From positions 64,001 to 128,000 of IMG/VR virus record IMGVR_UViG_3300042549_004104: DNA of 64,000 bases; one strand, written 5' to 3'. The position numbers were made by a program, and so were the translations under genes. This document shows positions 10,658 through 21,042 of this stretch, in pieces; within the stretch, counting starts at the first letter, position 1; every line of letters begins with the position of its first letter. The notes under the pieces are model-generated. The model ran no database searches and was not told the origin of the DNA. It saw only the letters and a program-made list of their open reading frames with translations. Source of the DNA: a virus. Taxonomy: Duplodnaviria > Heunggongvirae > Uroviricota > Caudoviricetes.

Positions 10658-11290
10658 TTAAAATCCAAAAACCAACGCCATGGCGATAGCTTTTCCTGTT
10701 GACGCTACTGGTGCGCCGTTTGATGTGATATTTGTTGCGTTTAATGTATTAGTTGATTTATTGAATGTTAGATTAGCACTTCCACCAGGTGATCCACTGT
10801 CATTAAATATAATTTGAGTGTTACTACCAGACAATACACCGGCCGTAAATGTAGTAACATCAATCTGTGCACCATTTATTGGTGTTCCTAATAAGGTTAA
10901 TGTGTCTCCGGATACATCATATGATGAGCGTGTTTGTATTACACCATCAATATTAACGATAACTGCATTGTCACCCTGGGGTGTTGTTGAAAGAGTATAT
11001 GTGTTTCCTGTGCCGTTTGCGGTAAAAATATCGGCTACCACATTAACATTAGCGTTACCTCCGCTACCTGTCTGCGCTTCCCAACTTAAATTACCTGTAC
11101 CATCAGTTGTTAGTACATAATTGGCGGAACCGCCTGTAATAGTTATATTACCAACGGCTCCTAAATTTGCTGAATCTGTGGCAACAATATTTCCTGTAAA
11201 TGTGCTTGCAACTACACTGCTATTACTAGCATGTAATAGTATATTGCCGGTCGAAAGACCGTTCTTTACGTTAAAATATTTAATTGTCAC
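10658..11290 (-). CDS. Short fibre-family paralog (210 aa)
   Basis: GTG start; N-terminal KYFNVKNGLSTG motif; shares GGSANYVLTTDGTGNLSW and GSNTQIIFND modules with neighbours; ends GKAIAMALVFG. Confidence 0.75.
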   Translation of the reverse strand: MTIKYFNVKNGLSTGNILLHASNSSVVASTFTGNIVATDSANLGAVGNITITGGSANYVLTTDGTGNLSWEAQTGSGGNANVNVVADIFTANGTGNTYTLSTTPQGDNAVIVNIDGVIQTRSSYDVSGDTLTLLGTPINGAQIDVTTFTAGVLSGSNTQIIFNDSGSPGGSANLTFNKSTNTLNATNITSNGAPVASTGKAIAMALVFGF

Positions 11291-11310
11291 AGTTCCATAT
11301 TCCCTGTTTT

Positions 11311-11334
11311 AGTTAGAGGATTTCTCCTCTAACT
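11311..11334 (-). promoter_or_regulatory. Perfect 10-bp stem-loop with GAAA tetraloop in a 5' leader
   Basis: Minus strand AGTTAGAGGA-GAAA-TCCTCTAACT; no U-tract; directly downstream of the box at 11337-11344. Confidence 0.65.
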
Positions 11335-11336
11335 GT

Positions 11337-11344
11337 TATTTATG
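11337..11344 (-). promoter_or_regulatory. Late promoter box CATAAATA
   Basis: Intergenic, matches consensus. Confidence 0.55.
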
Positions 11345-11353
11345 ATTAATCAT

Positions 11354-14300
11354 TTACGTGTTAATGTAAGTAGTAACTATATTTACCTTTGCATTAGCAC
11401 TTGCTGATGTAGCATATAATGTTACGTTGCCTGATACCCCGTTAACATTACTAGATAATTCAATAATGTCAGCAGATATATTAGAACAAACACTTCCGTA
11501 AATTGTTATATAAGCAGTTGACCCATTATGTACCAATAGTGTTTCTACCGATTGATAACCGTCATCGCCGCTTGCAGAGATTATGTACTTAGCTGTTCTA
11601 TACGTAGTTGGAACAAATTGGTCAATAACTGTACTAGTAGTTACACTGACATTACTACGATCACTTGTAATTCCAGTTGTCAAACTGACTACATCAATAG
11701 TAGCTGTTCCTGAAACATCCAAACTTGTAAGTGTACCAACGCTTGTGATATTTGGCTGAGCATTTGTGTATACTGTACCAGCAATTAATGCATTACCGAC
11801 TTGACCTGATACGTTAGCACCGGCTACACTATTTGCAATGTTTGCATAATGACTTTGTACTGCACTTGCAACATTACCTGAAACATTAGCACCGGTTACT
11901 GAGTTAGCTATATTTGCATAATGACTTTGTACCGCAAATGATACGTTACCTGATACGTTACTACCGGTAATGAATGTAATACCTGCGCCATTTGCTGTAA
12001 TATTTGTTACACTTAAAGTATTTGTACCTTTATTAAATGTAAAGTTATTGCTACCGGCAAATGCATCATCATCATTAAACTGAACTGTAGTGTTTGCACC
12101 AGATGCATTTGCTACAAGGTCGTATGGTGCTCCGTTAGAATAGTAAATACCGTCAGTTAACAAATTACCTGTGGTAGCATTACCGGTTACAACCAAACTA
12201 GTTAAATTACCCAATGAAGTTATATTTGGCTGAGCATTTGTGTATACTGTACCTGCGACTAGTGCGTTACCAACTTGACCACTGACGTTAGCACCTGTAA
12301 TTGAAGTTAATAAACTACCATTGCCACTGAAGTAATTAGCAATTACATAGTTAGCACCTGATATATTACCTGTACCTGCGCCACTTGTTGCAATACTTCC
12401 AACTGTCAATGTACCAGTAACGTTTGCATTACCTGCAGTTACGTTACCAGTAATATCCAAACTAGTTAGTGTACCAACACTTGTAATGTTAGGTTGTGCG
12501 TTAGTGTATACTGTTCCAGCAATTAATGCATTACCAACTTGACCTGATACGTTAGCGCCTGCTACTGAGTTAGCTATATCAGCATAATATGCATGTACTG
12601 CATCTGCAACATTACCTGAAACATTAGCACCGGCTACTGAGTTAGCTACGTCAGCATAATATGCATGTACTGCATCTGCAACATTACCTGTCACATTAGC
12701 GCCAGTGATACTTGTTAATGTTGCACCATTACCAATGAAATAATTAGCAGATATATTTCCAGTAACACTTAAGCTACTTAATGTACCAACACTTGTAATG
12801 TTAGGCTGAGCATTTGTTGTGACAGTGCCTGCAGTGTTAGCAAAGTTTGCATTGCCTACGTTACCTATATTAGAACTGTTTAAATTTGTTAATAAACTAC
12901 CATCACCACTGAAGTAATTAGCAACAACTAAATTACCTAAGCTAGCATTTACCGCAGTAATATTTCCAGTAGATGTAAAAGCACCGGTTTGAAACGGAGC
13001 ATATGTACCATTAGCAAAATCAATAACTGTAGTTGGTTCTGCAACTACTTTGTCATATAGTTTATATGTTCCATCACTTGCATCTCTTGCCAATCCAGTG
13101 TGGTAACCATTTCCGTCATCATAGCTAGCAACGAATCCCAAATCATACAAATTAGCTACATTGTTTGCACCTATGAAAATTAACGGGTCACCGACTACCA
13201 AGTCAGTAACATTTTGATAATTCAAGTTACCAGTAGCATTAATATTACCTGTAATATTTAAGTTACCAGTAACTGTTAATCCCAACAATGTGCCTGTACT
13301 AGTAATATTTGGCTGAGCATTAGTATAAACTGTTCCAGCAATTAATGCGTTACCAACTTGACCATTTACATTTGATCCAGTTAATCCTGTTAATAAACTA
13401 CCATTGCCACTGAAGTAATTAGCAATTACATAGTTAGCACCTGATATGTTACCAGTTCCTGCGCCACTTGTTGCGATACTGCCGGCAGTTAATGTACCGG
13501 TTACATTTGCATTACCTGTAGTTACATTACCAGTAATATCCAAACTACTTAATGTGCCAACACTAGTAATATTTGGTTGAGCATTTGTGTATACTGTGCC
13601 AGCAATTAATGCATTACCAACTTGTCCACTTACATTGGCACCAGCCACTGAGTTTGCAATATTAGCATAATGTGATTGTACTGCACTAGAAACGTTACCA
13701 TTTACGTTAGCACCAGTGATGTACGTAAATCCAGCACCATTACCTGCAAAGTTTGTAGCGGTTAATGTATTTGTTCCTTTATCAAAGGTGAATGCAGTTG
13801 ATGCGCCAAATGATCCACCGTCGTTGAATTGAACTTGTGTGTTACTACCAGCAATACCAGTTGATCCAGCACTTGCAAATGTTAATACACCTGAACCATT
13901 AGTTTGAAGAACATATCCAGCGGCACCGCCGGTGATATGAACATTACCAACGTCTCCTAAACTTACATTACTTGCAGTTGTAAAATTGATTGTACCACCA
14001 CTTGTCAAGTTTGAGAGTGTACCTAAACTTGTAATGTTTGGTTGTGCAGCCGTTGTTACCGTACTTGCTGTATTCGCTGTGGTCGCTAGTGGAACATAAC
14101 CTGTTACGTTAGCACCAGTGATATCTGTTAGTGTACTACCATTACCAGTAAAATAATTAGCAGATAGATTACCTGATATTGACAAGCTACTTAATGTACC
14201 TAGACTTGTAATATTGGGTTGTGCCGCAGTCGTTACAGTACCTGCAGTCGTTGCTGAACCAGCTGTGTTTGCAGCCGTTGCATTTGGTACATAACCAGTT

Positions 14301-14497
14301 ACGTTGGCCCCGGTAATACTAGTTAATAAACTACCATTACCACTAAAATAGTTCGCAGTTACTAAATTACCTAAATTAGCAGAAGTACCGCTTACTAAAG
14401 TAATATTACCTACGTTACTAACATTGCCGGATGCCGCATCAATTACTACGTTACCTGTTTGTATACCTTGTTTTACATTAAAATACAGTGTTGTCAT
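11354..14497 (-). CDS. Fibre-family structural protein (1047 aa)
   Basis: N-terminal YFNVKQGIQTG; AQPNITS and 24-aa ANSVAGANVSG repeats; C-terminal domain IDQF..TYRTAKYIISA...YQSVETLLVHNG. Confidence 0.75.
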   Translation of the reverse strand: MTTLYFNVKQGIQTGNVVIDAASGNVSNVGNITLVSGTSANLGNLVTANYFSGNGSLLTSITGANVTGYVPNATAANTAGSATTAGTVTTAAQPNITSLGTLSSLSISGNLSANYFTGNGSTLTDITGANVTGYVPLATTANTASTVTTAAQPNITSLGTLSNLTSGGTINFTTASNVSLGDVGNVHITGGAAGYVLQTNGSGVLTFASAGSTGIAGSNTQVQFNDGGSFGASTAFTFDKGTNTLTATNFAGNGAGFTYITGANVNGNVSSAVQSHYANIANSVAGANVSGQVGNALIAGTVYTNAQPNITSVGTLSSLDITGNVTTGNANVTGTLTAGSIATSGAGTGNISGANYVIANYFSGNGSLLTGLTGSNVNGQVGNALIAGTVYTNAQPNITSTGTLLGLTVTGNLNITGNINATGNLNYQNVTDLVVGDPLIFIGANNVANLYDLGFVASYDDGNGYHTGLARDASDGTYKLYDKVVAEPTTVIDFANGTYAPFQTGAFTSTGNITAVNASLGNLVVANYFSGDGSLLTNLNSSNIGNVGNANFANTAGTVTTNAQPNITSVGTLSSLSVTGNISANYFIGNGATLTSITGANVTGNVADAVHAYYADVANSVAGANVSGNVADAVHAYYADIANSVAGANVSGQVGNALIAGTVYTNAQPNITSVGTLTSLDITGNVTAGNANVTGTLTVGSIATSGAGTGNISGANYVIANYFSGNGSLLTSITGANVSGQVGNALVAGTVYTNAQPNITSLGNLTSLVVTGNATTGNLLTDGIYYSNGAPYDLVANASGANTTVQFNDDDAFAGSNNFTFNKGTNTLSVTNITANGAGITFITGSNVSGNVSFAVQSHYANIANSVTGANVSGNVASAVQSHYANIANSVAGANVSGQVGNALIAGTVYTNAQPNITSVGTLTSLDVSGTATIDVVSLTTGITSDRSNVSVTTSTVIDQFVPTTYRTAKYIISASGDDGYQSVETLLVHNGSTAYITIYGSVCSNISADIIELSSNVNGVSGNVTLYATSASANAKVNIVTTYINT

Positions 14498-14520
14498 TTT
14501 ATTTCCTTTTTATTTCTGCG

Positions 14521-17500
14521 TTAATCCGCTACATAAGTTCCTACGAAATTTACTGTCGTATTAGCAGAAATAGTATTTGCTAATAATCTAACATTTCCAG
14601 AATTAATATTACTAAACAATGTAACAATATCAGTGCCTATCGTTGATAGACTTCCATAAATTGTCACATAACTATCAATTCCGTCATGTATCAATAAAAC
14701 CTCAACAGCTTGATACCCATCATCGCTGTTTACCCTCATAGTGTATTTAGCTGACCTATATTTATTTACCGAAAAGCTATCTACTACTGTGTTTGTAGTA
14801 ACAGAAACTGGAGTTCTATTACTGTATAAATCATTAACTTTTAAGTTTGTTATTGTTGCTGTATTAGAAACTACCAAATTGCCTACGGTAGAGATGTTTC
14901 CGGCTATTAAATTACCTTGAACATTAGTATTTCCTAAGGTACTACCTATGGTAACGTTAGAATTTAGACCAAGATTAATGTTGTCTATACCAGACGAGAA
15001 AACTCCCGCATTTGATCCAGAAACTGTTATCAAACCAGCATCAAAACTTATAGAAGTTGTATCAATATTAGTAACATTTAATGTGTTAGATGATTTATTG
15101 AATGTAAAGTTTGCGACATTTCCAATATTTCCGTTATCATTAAATAACACCGTTGTGTTACTACCGATTGATATAGATCCATAAGATACAATTTCTACAA
15201 TTTCTCCACTTAGTGGTGGACTAGAAAATGTAACATTTGATCCACTTAAGCTATATGCGGCATCTTGTTGTGTTATACCATCAATGTTAACTAACAATGA
15301 TGCTTCGCTTGCCGGGATAGTGGTCAATCCAAATATTGTCTGAACACCATTACCAGTAAAACTGTTTTTAGTAATATTAACAAATCCAGGACCTGTACTG
15401 CCACCGGCTGCTTGCCAGCTTAGATCACCTGATCCATTTGTGGTTAATACATATCCTGCAATGCCTCCTGTAATTGCAATGTTACTTACTGGTCCTAAAT
15501 CTGACGATCCATTAACCGTTAGACTAGTTAAAGTACCTAAACTTGTGATATTTGGTTGTGCGTTTGTGTACACCGTGCCTGCAATTAATGCGTTAGATAC
15601 CTGACCACTTACATTGCCACCGGATACTGAGTTTGCGATATTAGCCCAATTACTTGTTATAGCATAACTGACATTACCTGATACATTACTACCTGATACT
15701 GAGTTTGCTACATCTGCATAATATGCATGTACCGCATCTGCAACGTTACCACTAACATTACTGCCGGACACTGAGTTTGCTACGTCTGCATAATATGCAT
15801 GTACCGCATCTGTGACATTACCTGATACATTACTACCTGATACTGAGTTTGCTACGTCTGCATAATATGCATGTACCGCATCTGCAACGTTACCACTAAC
15901 ATTACTGCCGGATACTGAATTTGCAATATTAGCCCAATTACTTGTTATGGCATAACTGACATTACCAGTTACATTACTACCTGATACTGAATTTGCTATG
16001 TCTGCATAATATGCATGTATTGCGTCTGTGACATTACCTGATACGTTTGCACCTGATACTGAATTTGCAACGTTAGCCCAATTACTTGTGATAGCCCATG
16101 TTACATTACCAATAATATTAGCGCCAGTTATATTTGTTAATGTCGCCCCATTACCGATAAAATAATTTGCACTAACATTACCCGTGTACGTCGGTAGATA
16201 TGCGGCTACATTTACATTTGAATAGCTTTCTGGCAAACCGGTTAGTTGACTTCCGTTACCAATAAAATAATTAGCAGTTATATTTGCTGTAGTAGTGACA
16301 GCACCTGTTAATGAAACTAAATTACCTGTATATGTTGGAAGATATGCGGCTACATTTGTATTGCTATATGATCCAATAATATTGGCAGCATTAATGTTTG
16401 ATAATAAGCTACCATCACCTATGAAATAATTTGCACGAATGTTACCCAAACTATTATAAGTGACCACTTCATTTGTTACAGAAACATTACTACCAAATGT
16501 AAACTCACCATTACTATTATCCCATCCCATGAACGCATTGACAGGTTCAGTGGTATAATAATGCAATAATGTTCCTCGGTCTTTACCATCGTCGGTCGTT
16601 AATGGTGCACCATTTGCACCACCGCCCATTTCAATTATTGGATCTTTTACATATAAATTAGTGACGTTTATATATTCAGTTGTTCCGCTTACAGTTAAAT
16701 TTCCTGTAATAATTGCATTTCCCGAAACATCTAAACTTGTAAGTGTACCGATACTAGTAATATTTGGTTGTGCATTTGTGTACACAGTGCCTGCAATTAA
16801 TGCGTTAGCTACTTGACCGGTTACATTTGCGCCGGCTACACTATTTGCGGTGTCAGCATAATATGCATGTATTGCGTCTGTGACATTACCACTAACATTA
16901 CTGCCGGCCACCGAATTTGCAATATTAGCATAATTACTAGTGATTGCGTAATTGACATTACCCGATACATTTGCACCGGATACTGAGTTTGCTACGTCTG
17001 CATAATATGCGTGTACTGCATCTGCAACATTGCCCGATACATTTGCACCGGATACTGAGTTTGCTACGTCTGCATAATATGCATGTATTGCGTCTGTGAC
17101 ATTACCCGATACATTACTACCTGACACTGCGTTGGCAGTATTTGCGTAATTACTTGTTATGGCATAACTAACATTACCTGATACATTACTGCCGGAAACT
17201 GAGTTAGCTACATCAGCATAATATGCGTGTACTGCATCTGCAACATTGCCCGATACATTACTACCGGATACTGAGTTTGCTACATTAGCCCAATTACTTG
17301 TTATGGCGTAATTAACATTACCTGATACATTTGCACCGGATACTGAGTTTGCTACATTAGCCCAATTACTTGTTATGGCGTAATTAACATTACCTGATAC
17401 ATTTGCACCGGATACTGAGTTTGCAATATTAGCATAGTGTGATTGTACTGCACTTGATACATTACCTGATACGTTTGATCCTGTTATAAATGTTAATGTT

Positions 17501-20500
17501 GCTCCATTACCAATGAAATAATTAGCAGAAACATTACCGGTATAAGTTGGAAGATAATTAGCTACATTACTATTACTGTATGCTCCAACTAAGTTAGATG
17601 CATTAATGTTTGTCAATAAGCTGCCATCACCTATGAAATAATTTGCACGAATATTACCAAGATTATTAAAGGTTACTACTTCATTAGTTACTGATACATT
17701 GCTACCAAATGCAAATTCTCCGTTACTATTATCCCATCCCATGAATGCGTCAATTGGGCTAGTAGTATAGTAATGTAATAAACTACCTCTATCTTTACCG
17801 TCGTTTGTAGTCAATGGCGCGCCATTTGCACCGCCGCCCATTTCAATTATTGGATCCTGAACAACAAGAGAATCAACGTTGATATAATTAACATTACCTG
17901 ATACTGTTAAATTACCTGCAATTGTTGTGTTTCCAGATACAACTAAACTTGTTAAATTGCCTAAACTGGTTATATTTGGTTGTGCATTTATATATACGGT
18001 ACCGGCTATCAATGCATTACCTACTTGGCCACTTACATTAGCACCGGCTACTGAGTTTGCTATATTTGCCCAATTGCTTGTTATAGCCCATGATACATTG
18101 CCACTGACATTACTGCCATCTACTGAGTTTGCTATGTTTGCATAATGACTTTGTATTGCATTATTTACATTACCGTTAACGTTACTACCAGTAATAAATG
18201 TTATTCCTGAACCATTTGCAATTATACTAGTAACGGATAACGTATTAGTTGTTTTATCAAATGTAAAGTTTGCACTTCCTGCAAAATTATTACTATCATT
18301 AAATTGAACTTGAGTGTTTAACCCACCAGCAGATGTTGCAAAATTATATGGAACACCATTAGCATATAATAGATTATCTGATTTTACATTACCTGCTGTA
18401 ACGTTTGCTGTTGCAACAAGATTTGTTGCAGTTAATGTGTTAGTAGTAGTATTAAATGTAAAGTTATTAGTTCCGGCTAAAGAGTTACCATTAATGAATA
18501 AAACTTGTTCATCAGATTGAGTAATTGACAACGCACCGAATGTTGTAACTTCAATATTGGCTCCTGACACTGGAGGGGAAGTAAAGACAACATTACTTCC
18601 TACAATATCATATACGTACCCTTGTTGTATTAATCCATTTAAATTAACTTCAACTGCATCTTCACCGTTTGGTACTGTTGTAAGTGCAAAAGAAGTTTGA
18701 ACTCCGTTAGCTACAAAATTATCTTTTCTTATTGAAACAAATCCTGGACCGCTATTGCTTGTGGCTTCCCAAGATAATTCCCCGTATCCATCTGTAGTTA
18801 ATACATATCCTGCAGAACCACCGGTAATAATAACATTACTAATGTTTCCTAAATTACTAACTCCATTTACTAGTAAACCAGTAAGTGTTCCTAAACTTGT
18901 AATGTTAGGTTGTACGGCAGTTGTCAGTGTACCGCTGAAATAATTTGCTTGTGCTAAGTTACCTAAATTAGCATTGTTTGTTAGAATGTTACCTGCAAGT
19001 GTTAATATGTTTGTAGATTTATCAAAAGTAAGATTTGCACTTGCACCAAAACTATTACTATCATTAAATTGAAGTTGAGTATTACTTCCACCGGGAAGTT
19101 GTAAGTCCCATGCTTGACCATTTGCGTACATTAAATTATCAGTAAGAACATTACCTGCTGATAAATTAGCTGTTACATCTACGTAATTTGCAGTTACTAA
19201 ATTACCTAAACTTGCATTAGATGTTACTATATTTCCAGTTAACGTTAATATTGATGTTGTTTTATCAAAAGTAAAATTAGTATTACCGCCTAAAACTCCA
19301 CCGTCGTTAAACTGAACATCTCTATTACTACCTCCTGCTGCCGCAGTGTCAATACCCCAACTTAAATTACCAGTACCATCTGTTTTTAAAACATATCCAG
19401 AACTACCTCCTAGTATATGCAAATTACTTATATCACCTAAACTTACATTAGCAGTTGTGTTAAAATTAACTATCCCGGTAACATTGCTTACTGTCAAACC
19501 AACTAAATTACCTACACTTTCAATATAGGGTTGATGTGTTGTAGTAATAATTCCAGTGAAATAATTAGCTGTTACTAAATTTCCACCTGATATATTACCT
19601 GAACTTATATTACCTGAATTTATATTACCGGTAACTGATAAGTTAGATAAAGTACCTAAACTTATAATATTTGGTTGACTTGCTGTAGTTAATGTTCCAG
19701 TGAAATAATTAGCAGTTACTAAATTTCCACCTGATATATTACCTGAATTTATATTACCGGTAACTGATAAGTTAGATAAAGTACCTAAACTTGTAATATT
19801 TGGTTGACTTGCTGTAGTTAATGTTCCAGTGAAATAATTAGCAGTTACTAAATTTCCAGCTTGTATGTATCCTGAGCCACCCAATGTTAAACTATTACCG
19901 GTTGCGCTATCAATATCAGGAGTTACGAATTGTGCGTTAGCTTTTACACGTAATACATCACTATTGATTTCAATAGTAACATTATCTACATTGACAGAAA
20001 AAACTGTACCAGTAAGACTTAAGCCATTACCTGCTTCATAAGTTCCAGCTCCTGAAAATTGTTGCCATTCAATTGAGTCTGTACCAATTGTAGTAACATT
20101 ATCTGTTTGTACCCATCCTGTATTTTGATAAACATTACCGTCAGTAACAAATGTAAAATCACCACCTTCAATTTCAGCAGGTGTATTAAAATCAGTTGCA
20201 CGTGTTAATACTGTTCCACCGGTTGCCCAAGTATATATACCATTCCATGTTAAATTTGCTTCATTCTTGACAAGAATTCTATCAAGATTTTGCAAAGAAT
20301 ATGTATCTATGGTAGTTATTGAACCACCTGTTATAACTAAATTTGCCCCAACTCCAGATGCACCGTTATTATATGCAACTGTTCCGCCTGACAGAGTAGC
20401 AATATTTGCAGTAGTAGCTACCTTACAACTATCATGTACATTTAATCCTTGCGCTACATCGTCTACATATTTTTTAGTTGCCGCATCATTATCAAATTGC

Positions 20501-21021
20501 GGAGTAGACAGATTTGTAATTCTGGTATCATTAACATCTATTGTACCATTTCCAGTTGTCGTTAAACTTATTGAACTATTACCTGAGCCGGCGTATAAAT
20601 TTAAATCTCCGGCTAAAGAATAATAATTACTTGAATTTATATAATTTGCATATACGTTGGCTGAATTTGAATTTGTAGTGACTGATAAATTAGTAACAGC
20701 AAGAGTATTACTCGCTATATCAAAAGTAAAATTAGAACTAGAACCAAACGAACTATTATTATTAAATTGAACCTGCGTATTAGATCCGGCTACTCCCGTA
20801 GAACTTGGGTTAACAAATATCAAATTTCCTGAACCATCGGTCTGTAATACGTAACCTGAACTACCGCCGGTTATAGTAATGTTACCAACATTACCTAAAT
20901 TACTTTTATTAGCTACTACTAAACTATTCGCACTAACGTTAGCAACATTGTCAATAACGGCAATTGGGGTATCACTACCTACTGAGAACCCGTCTATCGA
21001 ATTAAACTTTTTAATTGCCAT
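14521..21021 (-). CDS. Long fibre-family structural protein (2166 aa)
   Basis: N-terminal KKFNSIDGFSVG; DAATKKYVD and DRILVKNE..NGIY..LTRATD fibre modules; tandem 24-aa repeats; C-terminal domain paralogous to that of 11354..14497. Confidence 0.8.
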   Translation of the reverse strand: MAIKKFNSIDGFSVGSDTPIAVIDNVANVSANSLVVANKSNLGNVGNITITGGSSGYVLQTDGSGNLIFVNPSSTGVAGSNTQVQFNNNSSFGSSSNFTFDIASNTLAVTNLSVTTNSNSANVYANYINSSNYYSLAGDLNLYAGSGNSSISLTTTGNGTIDVNDTRITNLSTPQFDNDAATKKYVDDVAQGLNVHDSCKVATTANIATLSGGTVAYNNGASGVGANLVITGGSITTIDTYSLQNLDRILVKNEANLTWNGIYTWATGGTVLTRATDFNTPAEIEGGDFTFVTDGNVYQNTGWVQTDNVTTIGTDSIEWQQFSGAGTYEAGNGLSLTGTVFSVNVDNVTIEINSDVLRVKANAQFVTPDIDSATGNSLTLGGSGYIQAGNLVTANYFTGTLTTASQPNITSLGTLSNLSVTGNINSGNISGGNLVTANYFTGTLTTASQPNIISLGTLSNLSVTGNINSGNISSGNISGGNLVTANYFTGIITTTHQPYIESVGNLVGLTVSNVTGIVNFNTTANVSLGDISNLHILGGSSGYVLKTDGTGNLSWGIDTAAAGGSNRDVQFNDGGVLGGNTNFTFDKTTSILTLTGNIVTSNASLGNLVTANYVDVTANLSAGNVLTDNLMYANGQAWDLQLPGGSNTQLQFNDSNSFGASANLTFDKSTNILTLAGNILTNNANLGNLAQANYFSGTLTTAVQPNITSLGTLTGLLVNGVSNLGNISNVIITGGSAGYVLTTDGYGELSWEATSNSGPGFVSIRKDNFVANGVQTSFALTTVPNGEDAVEVNLNGLIQQGYVYDIVGSNVVFTSPPVSGANIEVTTFGALSITQSDEQVLFINGNSLAGTNNFTFNTTTNTLTATNLVATANVTAGNVKSDNLLYANGVPYNFATSAGGLNTQVQFNDSNNFAGSANFTFDKTTNTLSVTSIIANGSGITFITGSNVNGNVNNAIQSHYANIANSVDGSNVSGNVSWAITSNWANIANSVAGANVSGQVGNALIAGTVYINAQPNITSLGNLTSLVVSGNTTIAGNLTVSGNVNYINVDSLVVQDPIIEMGGGANGAPLTTNDGKDRGSLLHYYTTSPIDAFMGWDNSNGEFAFGSNVSVTNEVVTFNNLGNIRANYFIGDGSLLTNINASNLVGAYSNSNVANYLPTYTGNVSANYFIGNGATLTFITGSNVSGNVSSAVQSHYANIANSVSGANVSGNVNYAITSNWANVANSVSGANVSGNVNYAITSNWANVANSVSGSNVSGNVADAVHAYYADVANSVSGSNVSGNVSYAITSNYANTANAVSGSNVSGNVTDAIHAYYADVANSVSGANVSGNVADAVHAYYADVANSVSGANVSGNVNYAITSNYANIANSVAGSNVSGNVTDAIHAYYADTANSVAGANVTGQVANALIAGTVYTNAQPNITSIGTLTSLDVSGNAIITGNLTVSGTTEYINVTNLYVKDPIIEMGGGANGAPLTTDDGKDRGTLLHYYTTEPVNAFMGWDNSNGEFTFGSNVSVTNEVVTYNSLGNIRANYFIGDGSLLSNINAANIIGSYSNTNVAAYLPTYTGNLVSLTGAVTTTANITANYFIGNGSQLTGLPESYSNVNVAAYLPTYTGNVSANYFIGNGATLTNITGANIIGNVTWAITSNWANVANSVSGANVSGNVTDAIHAYYADIANSVSGSNVTGNVSYAITSNWANIANSVSGSNVSGNVADAVHAYYADVANSVSGSNVSGNVTDAVHAYYADVANSVSGSNVSGNVADAVHAYYADVANSVSGSNVSGNVSYAITSNWANIANSVSGGNVSGQVSNALIAGTVYTNAQPNITSLGTLTSLTVNGSSDLGPVSNIAITGGIAGYVLTTNGSGDLSWQAAGGSTGPGFVNITKNSFTGNGVQTIFGLTTIPASEASLLVNIDGITQQDAAYSLSGSNVTFSSPPLSGEIVEIVSYGSISIGSNTTVLFNDNGNIGNVANFTFNKSSNTLNVTNIDTTSISFDAGLITVSGSNAGVFSSGIDNINLGLNSNVTIGSTLGNTNVQGNLIAGNISTVGNLVVSNTATITNLKVNDLYSNRTPVSVTTNTVVDSFSVNKYRSAKYTMRVNSDDGYQAVEVLLIHDGIDSYVTIYGSLSTIGTDIVTLFSNINSGNVRLLANTISANTTVNFVGTYVAD
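15610..16110 (-). repeat. Tandem 72-bp (24-aa) coding repeat array, about 7 units
   Basis: Units NSVSG(S/A)NVSGNV-[ADAVHAYYADVA | SYAITSNWANIA]; boundaries approximate. Confidence 0.85.
16820..17480 (-). repeat. Tandem 72-bp (24-aa) coding repeat array, about 9 units
   Basis: tacattagcccaattacttg recurs at 17281 and 17353 (72-bp period); three unit types alternate; boundaries approximate. Confidence 0.85.
19551..19858 (-). repeat. Near-perfect 129-144 bp tandem duplication
   Basis: ttccagtgaaataattagc at about 19551, 19695 and 19824; encodes repeated GNLVTANYFTGTLTTASQPNITSLGTLSNLSVTGNINSGNISG. Confidence 0.8.
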
Positions 21022-21042
21022 AATAAGTCATTTGGCCTTTAA

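Noticed and set aside
15610-17480. CRISPR-like constant/variable alternation
   Set aside because: In-frame 72-bp coding repeats with recurring rather than unique variable parts, synonymous variation, and no cas genes.
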